From Balanoglossus misakiensis (lineage: Eukaryota > Animalia > Hemichordata): a stretch of 64,000 nt of DNA. The translations under genes and the position numbers were made by a program. A model generated the notes under the pieces. That model did not search any database and was not told the origin of the DNA. It was given only the letters and a program-made list of their open reading frames with translations. Of the stretch, positions 38,250 to 51,780 are shown piece after piece. The first letter of the stretch is position 1, and each line of letters begins with the position of its first letter. The stretch lies in contig CM082582.2 in assembly GCA_040954595.2 (NCBI GenBank), forward strand, positions 2,898,303 through 2,962,302. Direction: 5' to 3'.

Positions 38250-38830
38250 GCCTCAGGTGTGACTAGTCAATCCAATGTGAGAATGACTGTCTCTCTGATA
38301 CTTTAAATAGGAGGAGCTGTTTGCCTGGCTTGATAACTTCCTTCTCTGTCTCTTGACTCCGCACGTTTTGGCGAGTGTCTCTTCAAAGTTGGAGAGCCGT
38401 TGCCAACCACTTCAAGACTTGTCTTCAGGTCATTCGGTCTGAGGCTAATTTTTAGACTCCCAAGAGTTTGTGTTGATGTCCAGGGACTTCGTGTCTCTTT
38501 TGCAAACATCCCTGTGGTGTAATGTCAGGTCTGTTTGCCATTAAGTGTCAGTTTGCGCAGTACAGGAGGTCTTTTAGGATCCACCCATCATCTATGAGCA
38601 CATTGCCAAGCCAGTGTATTGTGTCTCTGCTTCAGCAGACTGTACCAGGTACATGCTAGAAATTCCAACTCTCTTCAGGACAGTGGTGTTAGTAACTTTG
38701 TCTTGATATTTCACATCCAGGATACGTCACAGGCAGAACATGTGAAAGGGTATTGAGCTTATGTTCCTCATAGGTGCTCCAAGATCCACTGCTGTACTGT
38801 ACAAATTAAGGTACTCACCACACAAACACT
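38250..38830 (-). mobile_element. Decayed RTE-clade LINE 3' fragment
   Basis: Minus-strand translation gives FHMFCL*RILDVKYQDKVTNTTVLKRVGISSMY, WLGNV, DGWILKDLLY and CHSHIGLTSHT-like patches, typical of the RTE ORF C-terminus. Confidence 0.7.
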
Positions 38831-41800
38831 GCATGTAGATGTGGTCATCAGTATCATACTTAGTAATAGCCTGCATCCAGTAGTCCCAACTTAGGAGGGC
38901 TTTGTGATTAAGAAGAACAAAGATCTGAGCCTAACAAACTGCATAAAGCAAATTGGTCTCCTGGTGAGATATATACCATCCACCTCAGCTGGCATGATCT
39001 CCAGTATATGCCTTGGTGAAGTACAATGCACTCTTCAATGCACTCTTGCTATAATGGCCTGACTATTCATAATTCCTGATGAGCAATGATTCATGGCTGG
39101 ACAAATATTCATCACATGGTGAGAAACAAGTGGATCTGGGAGCCTGCTATAAGATAACATAGGGTTGAAAGCATGAGTTGAACGTCTAGCTCAAAGTAGT
39201 TTTGCGGAATAGAGTGTTCTGACCTGACCCATCCTCCTGGCAAAGTATTTTTCTTGGCTCCCTTGACATTATTTCAAATTGTGTGTATCATGAAAATGCC
39301 AATCAGCCAGACGGGCCTCAGCCAATAGAGATAAGTCACAGCTGTTAAAACCATCTCAACACAGACCAAGAACCATAGACAATAGTAAAGAGAAAAGAAA
39401 ACTAATACATATGTAGATTGCAAATTGCGAATGGATTGGCTGAGGGAACAGGATCCAGTGAGTACATGAGTAATAAAAGGATTTGAGAGAATAATTAAAC
39501 AGAGCTCGTGCCTGGTCGGTTGATGTGGTATTGGCTGTTCTTGTCTACTAACACTACTTGAATGGATAAGGCTATGTGCTTTCTGGTGATATAGTAAAAG
39601 ACAGAACTGCATGAAGCTCAGTTTCATGTGCAGGGGTTAATTCCCACGACACTGGACTGCCAGACATGCAGAAAAAATGGTCTGATGCAAATCAAGACTT
39701 GTAGTGAAGCACGAAGGTTGTCAGGTGATTGTCACCATACATTTCACTGTATTTTGAGGCATATGTCCCCAATGTGTAACGTCTTTGATGGAAATTGTTT
39801 TACACTTGAGTGATTTGGCCTGAGCAATATCCATAAGATCCCATTGAAACTTACGGATTTAGGTCAAAAAGTTGTCATCAAGTTCAGATGACCAGAGGTC
39901 TCAGAAAGATGAAGCTGCCCACAACTTGACAGAGCTGACAATATCAGAGATATCAATGACAACACCGGTAAATGGTGTGTTTCATTAGTAAAGACACAAG
40001 GAAGATGATCACTATGATCAGAGGCTGTATACTAGCTGAAAGATGTATCTTAGTGATCACAGGTGGACGTATACCCCACAGGTGTTGCCTGCACCTCGAT
40101 AATATCATATGTACACGCACATGTACATGTATACCGGTAACCTATAAAATGATAGTTTCGTAATGTGGAAAAAATAGTATGCCACTGGCGGCGAGGAAGA
40201 AGGAATTCTGACAACTGCTAAAAATTAAAGTGACATCGCATATGGGCAGCCAATGGGAAACCCATTTGCTATAATTTCTGCCTTGTGAGCTGAATGCCAA
40301 GTTGAACTGTCCTCCAAGGTGGGACCCTGTGGTGATCCATGATTGCTGCATCCCCAAATGGCATGCTAGACACTTGCCTCCGATGAATAGGGGTATATAT
40401 GTGACATAGCTGTATCCCAGAAGCCCTGGTGCAGAAGTCAGCAGTGTGATAGAGCATGTCTGTTACAGATCGTCAGCCATTCACTTCCATATTCGGTAAA
40501 ATCAGTGATGGACTTAATACCCTTTTTGTCTGTTGGAGTTGGAAATCTGCTGAAATATTCCACTATAGGAGCAAAATAATTCACTATATAGACTCCAAGA
40601 GTTACTGAACAAGTGTTCTCAGCACAATGCTACTAACCTCCCTCAAGTGATACTGCTAGATTTCAAGACAGCAGTTATAATATGTAAATACGAACCAATG
40701 CTAAGTGGACAAGTTTGCAAATACTACAGCTGGGCCGGTGGCTCCATGCCTCATAAAGCTGCATTTCTAATACAAGATTCTGCAATATTGAAGTCAGGAC
40801 ACACATGGGCCATAGGAGTATGAAAGTAGAAGTAGCACCCAAACCATACACCTACTATGGGTGTGGGTGAAGCAAAAAGTTTGACACAAGTATTAGAAGC
40901 AAGAGCCTGTAATTTACACAAAGGCTAACAAGGCAATACAAAGCAGTATACTCTGTTTATATGTTTTCCAAAGATGTTGTTCAACATACTCTCTTACGTA
41001 TGTTTTATAATTAGCACATGTTTTTTGAACGTGAAAGAAGACTTCCAATCATTTTATGTCATGGTCCACATTTTCTGAATTTTTATCTCAAAGCGACTCC
41101 AAATTCATTACAGACACCTTGTATCAAAGGGTCAACGGTTATCATTACAAATTCTATGATGTAGTCTTCCAAGGCTCCAACTAATCTAGTTCTTGAATAA
41201 AACTGACTTTCCATGGACTCTCCTCGTCAAGTTATGCATGGCAATCCATTGTTAATGACACTGTCTCTACTGGATCGACAGTTAAAGGGGCGAAATCATA
41301 ACACCAAACAAATAACCCACAAAAGTGACAAATTGGCGATGACATGAAGAAATTCACACAAAGTGGTGTCTGCTGGGAGCTGTATCAAACCTCACTGCAA
41401 ACAACACGTCACAATACCATCCAATATGGACCAATAGCCACATTAGATTATACTGCGAAACAAATCAATGTAAGAATTAACACCTCTCTGCAACTCATTG
41501 TCTATGGGGCCGAGCCTCAGCGCCTATACATAAACTTTGTGTGTGTGGACACAAGCGACTCAAAGGATTAATTCTCTGTGTTTACAAAAGGCAAATAGTG
41601 TCTCCGAAACGTTTCAAATTTTTACCAGTGTGACCGTGGTATAATAAACAGGTACCCTACACTTTGAATGACACACACACTTACACCACACACACAAACA
41701 AACAAACAAACATAAATACCCTATAACTATACTATATTATAACTAACTATAACTACAAGTAACAACTAACAAAATAACTTAATATACCTATATAAATAAA

Positions 41801-42008
41801 CCGTTCAAATACAGATGTGTACACCAAAATTAACTAAATTTACACAAATATATAAAAATGCATGGCAGGGATGCCCCCAAAACTACCGTAAGCACTGCAA
41901 GCTGGGAGTCCATGCGTCTACGGACCTCTGTTGACAGATGAGTCATCATGGAGACTGCATGGTAGTTGGACTTCTGGTCCAAATCATCTTGCAGCATTCC
42001 TCTGCTAT

Positions 42009-42755
42009 GGTGGCATACAGATCAATCTCCGCCATCCTTCAACACAGCATCTAGTTTCTGCATGGTACTATTGGTAGTCGGACTTCAATCTGCCAGTTGG
42101 CACACAGATCAGTGTTCTCCATCCTGCAAACCAGCATCTAGTTTCTGCATGGTACTATTGGTAGTAGGACTTCAATCTGCCAGGTGGCACACAGATCAAT
42201 GTTCTCCATCCTGCAAACCAGCATCTAGTTTCTGCATGGTACTATTGGTAGTAGGACTTCAATCTGCCAGGTGGCATACGGATCAATGTTCTCCATCCTG
42301 CAAACCAGCATCTAGTTTCTGCATGGTACTATTGGTAGTAGGACTTCAATCTGCCAGGTGGCATACGGATCAATGTTCTCCATCCTGCAAACCAGCATCT
42401 AGTTTCTGCATGGTACTATTGGTAGCCGGACTTCAATCTGCCAGGTGGCATACGGATCAATGTTCTCCATCCTGCAAACCAGCATCTAGTTTCTGCATGG
42501 TACTATTGGTAGTCGGACTTCAATCTGCCAGGTGGCATACGGATCAATGTTCTCCATCCTGCAAACCAGCATCTAGTTTCTGCATGGTACTATTGGTAGT
42601 CGGACTTCAATCTGCCAGGTGGCATACGGATCAATGTTCTCCATCCTGCAAACCAGCATCTAGTTTCTGCATGGTACTATTGGTAGTCGGACTTCAATCT
42701 GCCAGGTGGCATACGGATCAATGTTCTCCATCCTGCAAACCAGCATCTAGTTTCT
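42009..42755. repeat. 87-bp minisatellite, about 8.6 copies, spanning the stop codon and 3'UTR of the minus-strand gene
   Basis: CAGCATCTAGTTTCT recurs at 42045, 42132 ... 42741 (period 87). The leftmost copy is the most diverged. Confidence 0.95.
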
Positions 42756-42760
42756 CGTAT
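42718..42760 (-). CDS. Terminal coding exon 5 of the bZIP-like gene ((R)YEKLDAGLQDGEH*)
   Basis: Strong acceptor ctgttttcttttttcag. Its first base A completes the AG|A Arg codon from the phase-2 donor of exon 4. Confidence 0.65.
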
Positions 42761-44169
42761 CTGAAAAAAGAAAACAGATGCCGTACAGGAAAAGTATAAA
42801 TGATGAGCTGAGGGTCGTGGTGACAATGAGGAGTAATTTGACTGCATGTGACACAAAAGACAGCTTCTGTGATCAAACACCCTCTATAACTCCAGGCATT
42901 GTCTTTGCAGTACACATGCCAGGTAATGCAAAAAATCCATCAAGTAGTACTATATGCAGTCTACATCGACAATGAATCATGCTCAGTTTTTATGGACTTG
43001 TTATTTTGTGCCATTCTAAATGACTTCTGGGTGTTTTGTTGGGTGCTTGTTAAACTTGTAACGAGCAGTAATGAGCGGAAATTTGCAGTAATGACCAATA
43101 ACATCCTAGAAATAGACAGAATGAGTAATCACGGATTCTGTGGAAATGACCATCTTTTCCAATTTCATATAGTCATCTGAAGTTATGCAATAAGTGTCAT
43201 TATCATGACCATTTTCACGGAACTAGACAGTTGTTTAATTTCATATCATCACCAGAAAAACTTGTCACAGTCGATGACATCGTTCACGCTGGTTTGATGT
43301 TCTGGGAATTTGGGCTCGAGTGTTGGTTAGTTTTTGCACAACTTTAAATGTTGTGCGTTGACTTAGATGTTCATCTATGTGAACTGGCATACTCTGAATG
43401 TTTGAAGAAACTTTACAAACCCCATATAAATTCCCATCTACATAAAATGGAGCAGCAAACAGTTATAGTGATATTAGGCCAGAGAGAACAATCTTGTTCA
43501 TTGGATTGTTTTGACCTAGTTCCAGGAGCAGCGAGCGAAGAAATTTTTTTAAATGTTTTTAGGCCGAAGGTAAAACCAGTTCTCTGGCATATTTGCACAG
43601 ATGCAGACAGTGCGAGATAATTGTTTTGCTTTTTACCAGAAATATCTCTGATACATGTACTGTACTTGTAACTGAATTCAATACTGTATTTCCCCAGCAA
43701 AAAAACCAGGCCATTATATATCAGTTGGTGTTTGCACAATATATTCTGAGTATTTAACAGGCTCTCAGAATAAAATAAAATGCACAGTAAATCACTGAAA
43801 TCCAACAATTAAGTATTATTCTTTAATATTGTCCTGGTGGGATCTAACATCATTTTACTTTGGCCCCATGTCTTGGCCTCTTTACTGTCTCTCCACATTC
43901 TACACGATGGTCTAACAACACTGTACAGACTACCTCTCACTACACACACTGTTTCACACTGGGAGTGTGAGAACAAATTGATCCCACACTTTCACTGAAT
44001 CGAAAGCTGAATCTGACGCTAGCGCTGATTGGTTGACAAAGCGTTCTTTTGCAAATGCGCTCTAAATCTTATCCAATGGCGCGAGACTACAACGTGCCTA
44101 GACTACAGTTCCAGAGTCGTTTATTCATTTTTTTAACGAATTTGGCTAAATTGTGACCGTTTGAGAAAT

Positions 44170-44281
44170 ATAATCTCACACACCAAGGACCTGGGATCAT
44201 ATTTTTCACACTCGTCGGACAGAAAACCCCAACTCTTGTGAGAAATATGATCCCAGGTCCTTGGGTGTGTGAGATTCTATT
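44170..44281. repeat. Hairpin terminus of a repeat family (relatives at about 52135-52190 and 54415-54537)
   Basis: AATCTCACACACCAAGGACCTGGGATCATATT pairs with AATATGATCCCAGGTCCTTGGGTGTGTGAGATT. The same 3' arm is at 54483-54537. Confidence 0.7.
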
Positions 44282-46255
44282 ATTCTGGTCATGGTAGTCA
44301 TGTCTAATTTGTTCCAGTCTGCACCAAGTACGTCAAACAGCTGAATAATATCATTGTAATAGCTTTTGGGAAACTTTTATTTTGTCAGGCAGACCAACAT
44401 CAGTAGCAGTGGACATCATGATCAAAAACGCATTTTGAATGTGGCTGCCAGTATCAGATGGTGCTGTACAGGCGGAAGTCGATGGAATGGCTTTGTGTGC
44501 AAATTGATTGTCTTATTAGGCACATTGAACACTGCAAAATTCATGTTGAACTCGCTGTAGACTGACACCTCAGATCGTATTTAAACATCAACGCAACCAT
44601 GTGTTTTGTCGCTGTCATAATTTTTATACACTTTCGATGCAATTTTCATTCAACCAGATGCACCATCAATCTGCTGTGACGATCTTGTTAAACAAATTGC
44701 AAAACGAAACATCAGGACAAACACTGAATAGCGTCTTTCGAACAAATCTGTTCGCCGTCACATCAAATGTTAGAGATCAAATTAATACTCATGATGTGAC
44801 ATGTACCAACCTTTACAGAACGAGGAAATGTGTGCCCAAAGCTACCCACTGCGCGTTGTCATTCGCCCAAATTCAGACATCAGAACAATGTGTTTGCGGA
44901 CAACTCAGTCCAAACATGTCGGAAGTCTAATTCAAAATCCTATGCTCGCGAAAACCTGAGAAAGTGTAGGGCGCCACCAACGGCAGTACTAAGAATATTT
45001 GTAATGCAGAAGTAAGAATTTGCCATGATCCAAACAAATAAAAATTCCAAAACAGCCAAAGTAGAAGCAGCAATTCCATGAACAATTTATTTTTTCTTCC
45101 TGGCCTTAAGTCTTAGCATTTATTTGTCTTTTTCCACATTATCAGTAAAAAATCTTCATTTCTGAAGTGATAGGCTGAAATTTAGCATGAAGCTTCTTAC
45201 AGGTTGTCTGAGTTGCCATTTTTTGTTTTGTTTAAATTGTTGCAAAACTGCATGTCAGAGTACTTTGAAGTTTGAAATTTGTTAGGCATGTTCCTAGAGG
45301 TAACTCCAAAAAGATGCTGTAAAACAATTTGTGATATTTGCATAATTGCGCGATTGGTAAAATTTTTGCAATATTTGTCAAAAATTGTTTTCTCTGAAAC
45401 CGCTTGTCACATTGCTGTAAACTATGGCAGACATGTTCCTTGAGGTGATTGAAGATATTGTACAATTATGGAGATATTCGCACACGTTTTTGTGTTTTTT
45501 TGCCACTTTTGAACATTCAAATATTGTTTTCTGTGAAACTGATTGTTGGATTGCTTTTTGTAAATTTCTTTTTGGTTTATATCAAAACTTCTCCAAACCC
45601 AATCGTCCAGTTGTTTTTAAAGTTACTATTTACAAGGAGTTGTTACCCCGAACTAAGACATGCATATGTTTACATAACTTTAATAGGCCACCTGTTACAG
45701 AGACCACCAGCTATTACATTTTTAAGAGTGAATGGCAGGTCAGTGAGCGTCTCTGTCTGTCTGTGTGTCTGCCTGTCTGTTAGAGGGCTGACTGAAAGAA
45801 GTTGGTCATCATGTGTGTTTGTACAGACAATTTTTGGTCAAAAACAATTTTCGCCAATATTTTCCGGAGTCTACAGCTAGTTCAGAAAATAACAACTTAA
45901 TAATGTGCAGCGGAGATGTCAAAGTTTATTCAAGGCAAACTGATAATGTGGGGCAACTCGTTGCTCCAAAATCCGAACAACTCAGATTGTATGTCAAACT
46001 AACTCATGTAACGCGACTTATATGCTGCTTATATTCATCATTGGAAATCACAGGCGTCAGAAAAAATGCTTTGTTAGTATTTCGTACTGTAAAGTAGCTA
46101 AAATCGAAAAATCAGTAGCTTAGACGATCTCCCGGTTTCTGTCATACGAGCGCTTACGCTATGTTCAGTCCTTGCCATATACCCTACTAACACATAAAGA
46201 GATCTCTTTATGTGATAGTGGGGTAATTTCTTGACAGGTCATATTAGTGGCTTGT

Positions 46256-47779
46256 TAGGGCCCAAGCGCATGCAGCGCTTGGGCCCTATTGGTATTGTCC
46301 TGGTTTTTCTTCTACTTTTTAGGGCACAAGCGCCCTCAGGCGCTTGTGCCCTATTGGTATTGTTGGCTTTTTTCTTCTACTGATTTTTTTTCTTGTGCAG
46401 TTTTATCGGCCACTTTGATCTTGAAAACGGCTGAACCTACAAATCTCAAACTTGGCACAGTGGTGCAGGCCTATGAGAGCTAGTGCAGTACCCTCGTGAA
46501 TGTTTAATTAGTCACGTGACCTGATTACCATACATGGGCAAAACGTTCAAATCGGCCTTATTTGCATATGAATGGAGATATCAAAATTCTTTTAGCAACT
46601 TTTGCAGACCATGTGGTCAGTGTCCTACATGCCAAATGTCAAGGACATTGGCCATGCCAATTTTGAGAAGAAGATTTTTAAGTATTAATTTTCATATTTT
46701 TTGACCAAGCCATGGGCCTATACTTTCCATAGTAAAGCTAAGACCACATATTATTTTGGATAAATATGCATACATATCTCAAAATCTGTTTGGCCAATCA
46801 TCTCCAACTTTGGTGTGCAGCCAGCCTAGCATTTGTCAATAATTTTAAGCGAAAAAAAATAGTATGAAAAATCGACCGATTTTTTTATATTAATTTTTTT
46901 ATGAAATTTATACCTTTAATTATACCTCTATGGTTAAGCTATGTCCATGTCTTATTGTGGAATTCTGGTCTGTGCAATAGTCCTGTACAGTGACTGTCTT
47001 GTGGTCAGTGAGCACAATGGCACCAAAATAGAAGGCAACATTTTAGGCTCACCTGTAACACCTGCTTAACTCATTAATTATGCGCATATCTAATTATTGG
47101 CTAACTAAGAGGGCTAGAGGTTTCGTTTATGTGAGACATGGACCAGTATAGGGTCAAAATTTCTTGCCCAAATTTTGGGTGACCTCAGGTGACCTTTGAC
47201 CTACTTTACTATATCTCGGCATCCAGAGCAGGTACAGACTTGGCGTTTGGAGGGTTGGGATTAAAATTGAAAAGCCAAAATGGGGGTAACCTGTGACACC
47301 TGCATATCTCATTAATTATGTGCATACCTAATTGTGGGCTAACTTATAGGGCTGGAGGTTTCGTTCTTGTGGGACATGGGCCAGTATAGGGTCAACAAAA
47401 TTTGCCCAAAATTTTGGGTGACCTCAGGTGAACTTTGACCTACTTTCCTATATCTCGGCATCCAGAGCAGGTACAGACTTGGCGTTTGGAGGGTTGGGAC
47501 TAAAATTGAAAAGCCAAATTGGGGGTCACCTGTGACACCTGCTATCTCATTAATTATGTGCATACCTAATTCTGGGCTAACTAAAAGGGCTAGAGGTTTT
47601 GTTCTTGTAGGACATGGACCAGTATGGGGTCAAAAATTTTTGCCAAAAATTTGGGTGACCTCAGGTGACCTTTGACCTACTTTTTTATATCTTGGCATCC
47701 AGAGCAAATATGCTTATTGCTATGTTGCTATGTGCTATGTTGGCTTGGGCCCGCTATTGCTGCTTGCAGCTATATTTTT
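46256..47779 (+). mobile_element. Non-autonomous repeat with two 5' hairpins, an internal array of about 240 bp x 2.7, and a GCTGCTTGCAGCTATATTT end
   Basis: Hairpins GGGCCCAAGCGC..GCGCTTGGGCCC and GGGCACAAGCGCC..GGCGCTTGTGCCC. ATCCAGAGCA recurs at 47221, 47460 and 47697. Class uncertain (Penelope-like or Helentron-like). Confidence 0.65.
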
Positions 47780-47801
47780 TGGTTGTTATTGCTCCTTATT
47801 A

Positions 47802-48145
47802 AAGGTACATGAGCTGCAACTGAATAAAAAATTAAAGTTTTAAATAATCTCAAATATACTTTTAATTATGTCTATTAAATTATATTTCATGATGATATAT
47901 CAAGCTCAACACTTATTTATGACAAAATGGCCAAAAATTAAAGAAAAAAACGAAAATTCCTGCAATTTTTAAAAAAGTGCAATTTTACAATGAAAAAGGA
48001 AAATATAATGTCACAGCGGTGTACATTTACGTCCATGAGCTCAAGTAGATGAGATCATGTTTTGTTTATGAAGTTTCACAATCGGAAATGCAACATTTTC
48101 ATTGTTTCTTGCATTTTCCCACGGTGGCGGCCATATTCGCTTGCG
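47802..48145 (+). mobile_element. Kolobok-like element left end
   Basis: TTAA|AGGTACATGAGCTGCAAC. Matches 32671-32992 in reverse. Confidence 0.7.
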
Positions 48146-48196
48146 GCAAAGCTTTATTATTTATCTGGTTAAAACTTGCATATGCACTCATATTAA

Positions 48197-49359
48197 AGTG
48201 GAACGTTGTGATCTGTTTTTGAGCCAATTCTGCGAAATGCGATTAAAAAGTACTATGAAAAACGTTGGTTTCATTCACTTTCACTTACGCATAACAGAGC
48301 TACAGCCAGCCAAAACTGTGCGAACCCGGAAGTGAGTGACGTCAGCAACTTAATTGTGGTACCGTTGTCCGCTGCCGACGCGTTGGAGCGAGCTTATGCT
48401 TATACACGCCTGCACTCACGCGACCGACGACGTTAGCATGGCAACATATTCTCGGGTAGTAGGCTACAATTTTGAACCAGAGATTCCCTTCTACGACCAA
48501 GCGACTGAATTTTACAGAGGACAAAAGTTCATGCAGTTCTGATCTCCGATGTGTCCCGTTTGTCAAGGCTTACACTTGGTGTGGTTTCAGTGAAACCATA
48601 GACCCTAGGGTCTATGGTGAAACAGACAATGCTGTTAACAATACCCTCCCTTGTTGTCTCTCCCTTGTTGTCACCTTTTTGAACCACTTTTCTTACCATA
48701 ATACTTTGTCACCGTTTATGGAGTTGAAAAGAACGCAGGTGCATCGTCCTGCTCTCCAGGTGTAGTACGTCCGTAGTATAATGGAGCCAATGCCATAGCT
48801 ATTCTATGCATGTTTCGTCTCTTGAAATGTATTAAAACTGCCCTTTTTAGTTGCTTTCATTTGATAACTATGCGATCGTCAATAAATGGAAATTAAACCC
48901 AAATACGTGTACCAAAAAACGTGCAGGAAGGATTTAAAACGGTACGGTTATTATTATCAGCGGCAGTTAGAACAACTTTGTATAGGCCTTACGGTTTGTT
49001 CATAAACGTCGACATGCATGGCATCGTGAACATTGCAGGGTCTATGTCTGCACGCATCGACAAATACAATACACGTAGAGCATTGCCTTTGAAAGAAACT
49101 TATCCCCGTCGATTTTCCGAATATGTTTTTGAAATCATGAACTTGACATTTCGCCATGTCAGATCCGCGCAAAATGTGTCTGTTTATGTCGAACGTGTAA
49201 GAGCGCTGCGCGTCGACTGCAACGCAAGTTGCTGACGTCACTGTAGTATTTTCAACTCGCGTCTTCTGCTTGCGCAGGAAGTGAAAGTGAATTAACCCAT
49301 CGGAACGTTGCCGTTTTTGACACCTGGTTTGTACTTTGAATTGTGGGTGTCGTTCCACT
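48197..49359. mobile_element. Kolobok-like non-autonomous element (about 1.16 kb)
   Basis: TTAA|AGTGGAACG ... CGTTCCACT|TTAA. Internal short ORF MATYSRVVGYNFEPE resembles the YxFEP start of Kolobok-associated accessory ORFs (inference). Confidence 0.75.
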
Positions 49360-50287
49360 TTAAGGGTTTAGAATGCTTACAAGTGTATAGTTCACTGTCT
49401 TCATCTGCATGGACTAATGGTAGTACAGTTTGAAACTGCCACATTCTTGGTATATACACACAAAAATGAAAGCTAAGACATTATTGAAAAAGACGCAATT
49501 TAAAAGACACATAATTCTTCAATGCTGTTCATTCAGTATTTGAATTAATCTACCTCTTTTACCACATTGGTGGTTTGATCCAAATGTTGTTTTCAATGGG
49601 AAAGTCTGGCCAATATACATACAAACAGGGGTGGCCCCTGATGAGAAAATGCAATGGACCATATTGGCCCCTACACGCCAACAACAATTTAAATTCTGGG
49701 TCAGAACTACTATAATATTTGCAGACACCTTTTCAATTTTGGTGGACCCAATTTTCATTTATATGGACCCAATTTATACAAAATTTGGCTGAGGCGATTT
49801 GCAGCCAGACCACTTTTTTGTCATTTGGGTGCATTTTGACGACTTCATCCGTATTTTCCTGGGTGATGCAACTCTGTCGACGCACTCAGAGCATTTTCAC
49901 TGCTTTAATTCCCTTTTTTACAATGAGTGACAGTTGACAAAATGACTTCCACATGATTAGACCGTTTCGTTTTGGTTGGCACAAAAACTCTAAGACCATG
50001 TTCCTTTTGGGTGTACATTATTTTTGAACTGCTTGAGACTGGGCCAACCAGTCATGCAGTACATGATGACTACAATACTGTCATGAGATACCACATGTAC
50101 AATGTGCAAATAATACGAGTGCGCTCTGATTGAAATGAAAATTGTGCAAAATATAAAATGTGAATATTATAGTTCTGACCACATAATTAGACCGCTTAAT
50201 TTTTGTTCTCACAAAGGTGCCACTGAAGTATCATGAACTGCGGTATATTCAACTTTGCACATATATACAAGTGTACGCCACACCTAC

Positions 50288-50484
50288 CTTGTCTCCTGCT
50301 CCAATGTCTTGAAAGTATCGGCCAGTTTCGTAAAATCATGTAACATTGCCTCGTTTTGTGAAATCCATTCTAATTGGATTTGTAGCTGTTCTTGTTTCCT
50401 CAGAAGGATCATTTTCTGGCTGCTATACATCTCTGCAAGTTCTTCCATTGTTAACTTTTTCTCTTTAATGTGCTTGTGCTGAAC
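50288..50484 (-). CDS. Exon 4 of the bZIP-like gene (coiled coil; VQHKHIKEKKLTMEELAEMYSSQKMILLRKQEQLQIQLEWISQNEAMLHDFTKLADTFKTLEQET)
   Basis: Acceptor gttttgttttttcctcag and donor AAG|gtaggt. 197 nt fully open, phase 0 to 2. Heptad M-Y-L-L-I. Confidence 0.75.
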
Positions 50485-50707
50485 CTGAGGAAAAAACAAA
50501 ACAAGCTTTAAACATTGCCTGTAGAAGAAATGTTTCCAGTGTCTTGCCTGCTCCCCTGCCCCATTCCCACTGCTGGCTGTGCCAGCTAAAAGGCAAGGGT
50601 CAGTTACTGGCTGCCATCTTGCACAAATTTCTGGTCAGCCATGCCCAGGATGGCTGCTTCTAATGTTCGCACACAGGTACTGTCAAAGTCAGGTGCACCA
50701 CACAAGA

Positions 50708-50781
50708 TCCATCCATCCATCCATCCATCCATCCATCCATCCATACATACATACATACATACATGTACATATATACATACA
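50708..50781. repeat. (ATCC)n-(ATAC)n microsatellite
   Basis: Seen directly. Confidence 0.9.
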
Positions 50782-50997
50782 TTTAATGTGCATACTTACA
50801 AAAACACAACACATCACTGCAAGTGACACAACAATGACCAGCACCCACCACCAAAAAGCCTGGAACTGGAAAGTAAAATATAACTGATAAGTGATAATAC
50901 ACCTCTATACCAAATACAGATCTTACACATATTTAAAGTTTTTTGTAGAGAACAAAGATACATACACAAACACACACATAATTGCATACATACATAA

Positions 50998-51780
50998 GGG
51001 ACTGTTCAGTTTTTACAGCTGGGGGGGGCGGCAAGTTTGTGTCATGGGTTTTTAAAATCAGGCTGACCCCCCCCCCCCCTCCCTTCACCCAGGACCAAAA
51101 AATGATGACCCCCCCCTTATGACAGGCCCAAATATATGATGACCCCCCCCCCCCACGCTGAAAACATTCGCTGTCCCGATCCTATGTACATGTACACTGT
51201 ATGCAATGAAGTGAATGGCTCCTAACACCCCGATTATACATTTCTTAAAGTAATTGAAGCATATAATAGTATATCGTTGCAATAAAGAAATCTATGAACA
51301 AATTAAAATGACAAGTAAATACAATAGTTGGTAGGATTGGTAAAACAAGAAAAGTGTCGGGGTTGGGCGTGGGAGGGGGTGTCCCCCTCCAACATAAGAA
51401 AATTTTGTAAAATACAGTGCTCAAAGTTGCATTTTAATGAACTCAAATGCAAATTAACTCAATGTTGGGGGAGGACCAATTTTACCTTTGCCATTCCACT
51501 CAAAGTAAGCATCGGTGGGATAGGGTTGGCAAGTACTCTGCCCACGTACATTAGACAAAGCACCCAATAAATGAAATGTGGCAAAGAATGGAGGGGGTAT
51601 CCCCCTCCCACATTAGAAAATTTTGTAAATTCAAGGGCGTGAAACTGCAATTTTGTGGACTCAAAAGCAACAGTTCGCCGTGTTCAGTGGCATAAGTATG
51701 TGACCCTCACCCCCCTCAAAACGTTTAAAAAAAGATGACCCCCCTTTTGGACTTCAAAATCAAAGTTATCCCCCCTTATC
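50998..51780 (-). mobile_element. Harbinger-type MITE family copy (reverse orientation, one end missing)
   Basis: TAA|GGGACTGTTCAGTTTTTAC. Reverse complement of much of 58800-59627. Confidence 0.78.

Noticed and set aside
42009-42755. CRISPR-like appearance of regular repeats (also 52530-52765)
   Set aside because: Head-to-tail units with no unique spacers, no cas genes, and a eukaryotic context.
41966-42799. 277-aa plus-strand ORF with 29-aa Cys/Trp repeats
   Set aside because: It is open because the 87-bp unit is a multiple of 3 and lacks a stop on this strand. It has a TTG start, and the splice evidence favours the minus strand.
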